From contig OZ024758.1 of the NCBI GenBank assembly GCA_964016885.1, positions 29,326,001-29,390,000 of the forward strand: a stretch of DNA of 64,000 nt, read 5' to 3'. A program made the position numbers and the translations under genes. The notes below the pieces were generated by a model, which did not search any database, had not been told where the DNA came from, and saw nothing but the letters and a program-made list of their open reading frames with translations. This DNA comes from Eledone cirrhosa (Eukaryota). This document shows, one piece after another, positions 60,717 to 64,000 of this stretch. The first letter of the stretch is position 1. The number at the start of each line of letters is the position of its first letter.

Positions 60717-62677
60717 CAGACAGTTCAACCTCTCGTTCGCAGACAGTTCAACCTCTCGTTCGCAGACAGTTCAACCTCTCGTTCGCAGACAGTTCAACCT
60801 CTCGTTCGCAGACAGTTCAACCTCTCGTTCGCAGACAGTTCAACCTCTCGTTCGCAGACAGTTCAACCTCTCGTTCGCAGACAGTTCAACCTCTCGTTCG
60901 CAGACAGTTCAACCTCTCGTTCGCAGACAGTTCAACCTCTCGTTCGCAGACAGTTCAACCTCTCGTTCGCAGACAGTTCAACCTCTCGTTCGCAGACAGT
61001 TCAACCTCTCGTTCGCAGACAGTTCAACCTCTCGTTCGCAGACAGTTCAACCTCTCGTTCGCAGACAGTTCAACCTCTCGTTCGCAGACAGTTCAACCTC
61101 TCGTTCGCAGACAGTTCAACCTCTCGTTCGCAGACAGTTCAACCTCTCGTTCGCAGACAGTTCAACCTCTCGTTCGCAGACAGTTCAACCTCTCGTTCGC
61201 AGACAGTTCAACCTCTCGTTCGCAGACAGTTCAACCTCTCGTTCGCAGACAGTTCAACCTCTCGTTCGCAGACAGTTCAACCTCTCGTTCGCAGACAGTT
61301 CAACCTCTCGTTCGCAGACAGTTCAACCTCTCGTTCGCAGACAGTTCAACCTCTCGTTCGCAGACAGTTCAACCTCTCGTTCGCAGACAGTTCAACCTCT
61401 CGTTCGCAGACAGTTCAACCTCTCGTTCGCAGACAGTTCAACCTCTCGTTCGCAGACAGTTCAACCTCTCGTTCGCAGACAGTTCAACCTCTCGTTCGCA
61501 GACAGTTCAACCTCTCGTTCGCAGACAGTTCAACCTCTCGTTCGCAGACAGTTCAACCTCTCGTTCGCAGACAGTTCAACCTCTCGTTCGCAGACAGTTC
61601 AACCTCTCGTTCGCAGACAGTTCAACCTCTCGTTCGCAGACAGTTCAACCTCTCGTTCGCAGACAGTTCAACCTCTCGTTCGCAGACAGTTCAACCTCTT
61701 GTTCGCAGACAGTTCAACCTCTTGTTCGCAGACAGTTCAACCTCTTGTTCGCAGACAGTTCAACCTCTTGTTCGCAGACAGTTCAACCTCTTGTTCGCAG
61801 ACAGTTCAACCTCTTGTTCGCAGACAGTTCAACCTCTTGTTCGCAGACAGTTCAACCTCTTGTTCGCAGACAGTTCAACCTCTTGTTCGCAGACAGTTCA
61901 ACCTCTTGTTCGCAGACAGTTCAACCTCTTGTTCGCAGACAGTTCAACCTCTTGTTCACAGACAGTTCAACCTCTTGTTCACAGACAGTTCAACCTCTTG
62001 TTCACAGACAGTTCAACCTCTTGTTCGCAGACAGTTCAACCTCTTGTTCGCAGACAGTTCAACCTCTTGTTCGCAGACAGTTCAACCTCTTGTTCGCAGA
62101 CAGTTCAACCTTTTGTTCGCAGACAGTTCAACCTCTTGTTCGCAGACAGTTCAACCTCTTGTTCGCAGACAGTTCAACCTCTTGTTCGCAGACAGTTCAA
62201 CCTCTTGTTCGCAGACAGTTCAACCTCTTGTTCGCAGACAGTTCAACCTCTTGTTCGCAGACAGTTCAACCTCTTGTTCGCAGACAGTTCAACCTCTTGT
62301 TCGCAGACAGTTCAACCTCTTGTTCGCAGACAGTTCAACCTCTTGTTCACAGACAGTTCAACCTCTTGTTCACAGACAGTTCAACCTCTTGTTCACAGAC
62401 AGTTCAACCTCTTGTTCGCAGACAGTTCAACCTCTTGTTCGCAGACAGTTCAACCTCTTGTTCGCAGACAGTTCAACCTCTTGTTCGCAGACAGTTCAAC
62501 CTTTTGTTCGCAGACAGTTCAACCTCTTGTTCGCAGACAGTTCAACCTCTTGTTCACAGACAGTTCAACCTCTTGTTCACAGACAGTTCAACCTCTTGTT
62601 CGCAGACAGTTCAACCTTTTGTTCACAGACAGTTCAACCTCTTGTTCGCAGACAGTTCAACCTTTTGTTCACAGACA
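60717..62677. repeat. 23-bp satellite, about 85 copies, two-domain structure
   Basis: CAGACAGTTCAACCTCTCGTTCG up to about 61695, then CAGACAGTTCAACCTCTTGTTC(G/A). Confidence 0.97.
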
Positions 62678-62689
62678 TACTATTTTCTC

Positions 62690-62980
62690 TCGCTGCTGAT
62701 TGACGACCTCGAGGATGTGCTTCACACGAGACACATGCACTGGTACAGCCACGTTGAGCGCAGTGAGGGCTGGATCAACAAAGTAATAAATGTCAATCGA
62801 GGAGGCAGTAGAGGCCCGGGAAGACCTAAAAGGAGGATGTCCGTTGTGATCAAGCTAGGCTTGGCATGGCCAAAGTGAAACCAGTGGACAGAAACACATG
62901 GAGCGGGACACTAAGGAGTGCTGTCACGCAGAACCCACCCCTACTTAGGGATTGTGTCTTGCATAATGATGATAATAATA
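62690..62980 (+). mobile_element. RTE-clade 3' fragment
   Basis: Encodes DLEDVLHTRHMHWYSHVERSEGWINKV...RGPGRPKR, with an (ATG/ATA)n tail. Confidence 0.75.
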
Positions 62981-63060
62981 CTGTTACTTATTTTATTATG
63001 AGAGATTCACAACAAATTAAATATTGAAGTAACAAATGTTCCCCCTAAAATAGTACTTAC

Positions 63061-63145
63061 CACATGTGTTAGCAAGGACATCACCATGAACTTCATCTCT
63101 CTCCAATATTGGTGAGATGATCACCATGTCGAACATCTTAGCCAT
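63061..63145 (-). CDS. UPB1: Beta-ureidopropionase, internal exon (upstream exons lie beyond right edge)
   Basis: Encodes MAKMFDMVIISPILERDEVHGDVLANTC, with AG acceptor and GTAAG donor. Confidence 0.93.
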
Positions 63146-63362
63146 CTGAGAAATTCAAACAAAATATGTTTTTTAAATGCATAAAAAAAAGAGAATAAAC
63201 TATAATAGTAATATTTTGGATTAACCCTTAAGCATTTAAACAGGCCAGAAATTTCTGATCTCTCTTCCGTTCAAACCAGCCGTAATCGACCACTCATACT
63301 GATGTTATATTGTTTTCAAAATAAATAATATCAAAATCTCGTAGATTCGATATTATGTGTGA

Positions 63363-63645
63363 CTAGACCATCTGTGACCCATTGAGTCACATTCACTTCA
63401 AAATATTTCTTTAAAATCTACTCTCTCACAACCATTATCTCTTTCTCTCTCTATTTATGAAGGTACTCGGAAAAACCCCGTATCTCGAGAATCTGTCCTC
63501 CGATTTACGCGAAACTTGTTTTATTTCATTTGTATTCCCATTTCAGGGTCAACTTCCTTTCAAAGTATTTTCCCATTATGCACCATTTTGGCTGTATTAC
63601 ATTACAGACAACCATACAAGCACAAGAGTTTTAGTAGTATATAGA
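63363..63645 (-). mobile_element. 283-bp non-autonomous Helitron nested in a piggyBac MITE
   Basis: On the minus strand it begins TCTATATACTACTAAAA and ends GTGACTC-AAT-GGGTCAC-AGATGGT-CTAG. It sits between A and T with no TSD, and removing it restores the MITE sequence. Confidence 0.85.
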
Positions 63646-64000
63646 TAAAGCTTTTACCACAAAAATACAATAATATATATAGAGTAATGTAAATGCTAAA
63701 GGTTGAAATTGAGTTATAATATTGTTAGTGCAGATGTATCCGAGAAGATTGAATATTTAGATTCTATTGTACCACATTCTTGATAATAATATCTTAACCC
63801 TCTAGATCAGCAGTTCCCAAAGTTTTTTTTGAAAAAGTAAAAATATGCCGACACACTTTTTACTATAAATTTGGAAATTTATTCAAAAGAGTTTTTCATA
63901 TATATTAGCATAACATAAGGTTAAAAGGTTCTAGACCCCATTCCCTCCTGATTAACTCAATGTACAAACTACCTCTCATTCTTAACAGAGTTGACAAATT

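Noticed and set aside
60710-62878. 722-aa ORF and the overlapping 334/325-aa ORFs
   Set aside because: These are translations of a stop-free 23-bp satellite fused to an RTE fragment, antisense within a UPB1 intron. There is no evidence of a real gene.

Overview
AT-rich, intron-rich animal genomic DNA. The SINE/RTE/MITE content and (CAT)n tails suggest a coleoid cephalopod such as Octopus, but this is inference. I reconstructed four spliced genes by hand from GT-AG sites with consistent phases. (1) The 5' part of the mitochondrial SAM carrier SLC25A26 (minus strand, runs off the left edge). (2) A divergently transcribed, uncharacterised 399-aa Lys-rich protein (plus strand, 6 exons, 12765-22229) whose exon 5 carries a coding 30-bp minisatellite forming an SQ/TQ cluster. 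(3) An XNDC1N-like gene (minus strand, 44947-24557, about 512 aa) with an XRCC1-N domain, a possible DEK-C-like region and a C-terminal UBZ4-type zinc finger. (4) The 3' ten exons of beta-ureidopropionase UPB1 (minus strand, 63145-48539). The introns hold a CpG-eroded U6 copy, about 20 copies of a piggyBac-type MITE that repeatedly seeds 60/73-bp arrays, modular tRNA-SINEs sharing tails with RTE LINEs, an RT-less ORF1-only L1/Tx1-like element with an 18-bp TSD, a solo LTR, a 283-bp mini-Helitron nested in a MITE, hammerhead-like motifs, a perfect 33-bp hairpin and several satellites. Most long ORFs in the supplied track are repeat artefacts. No CRISPR or prokaryotic system is present. All family assignments are from recall, not database searches.
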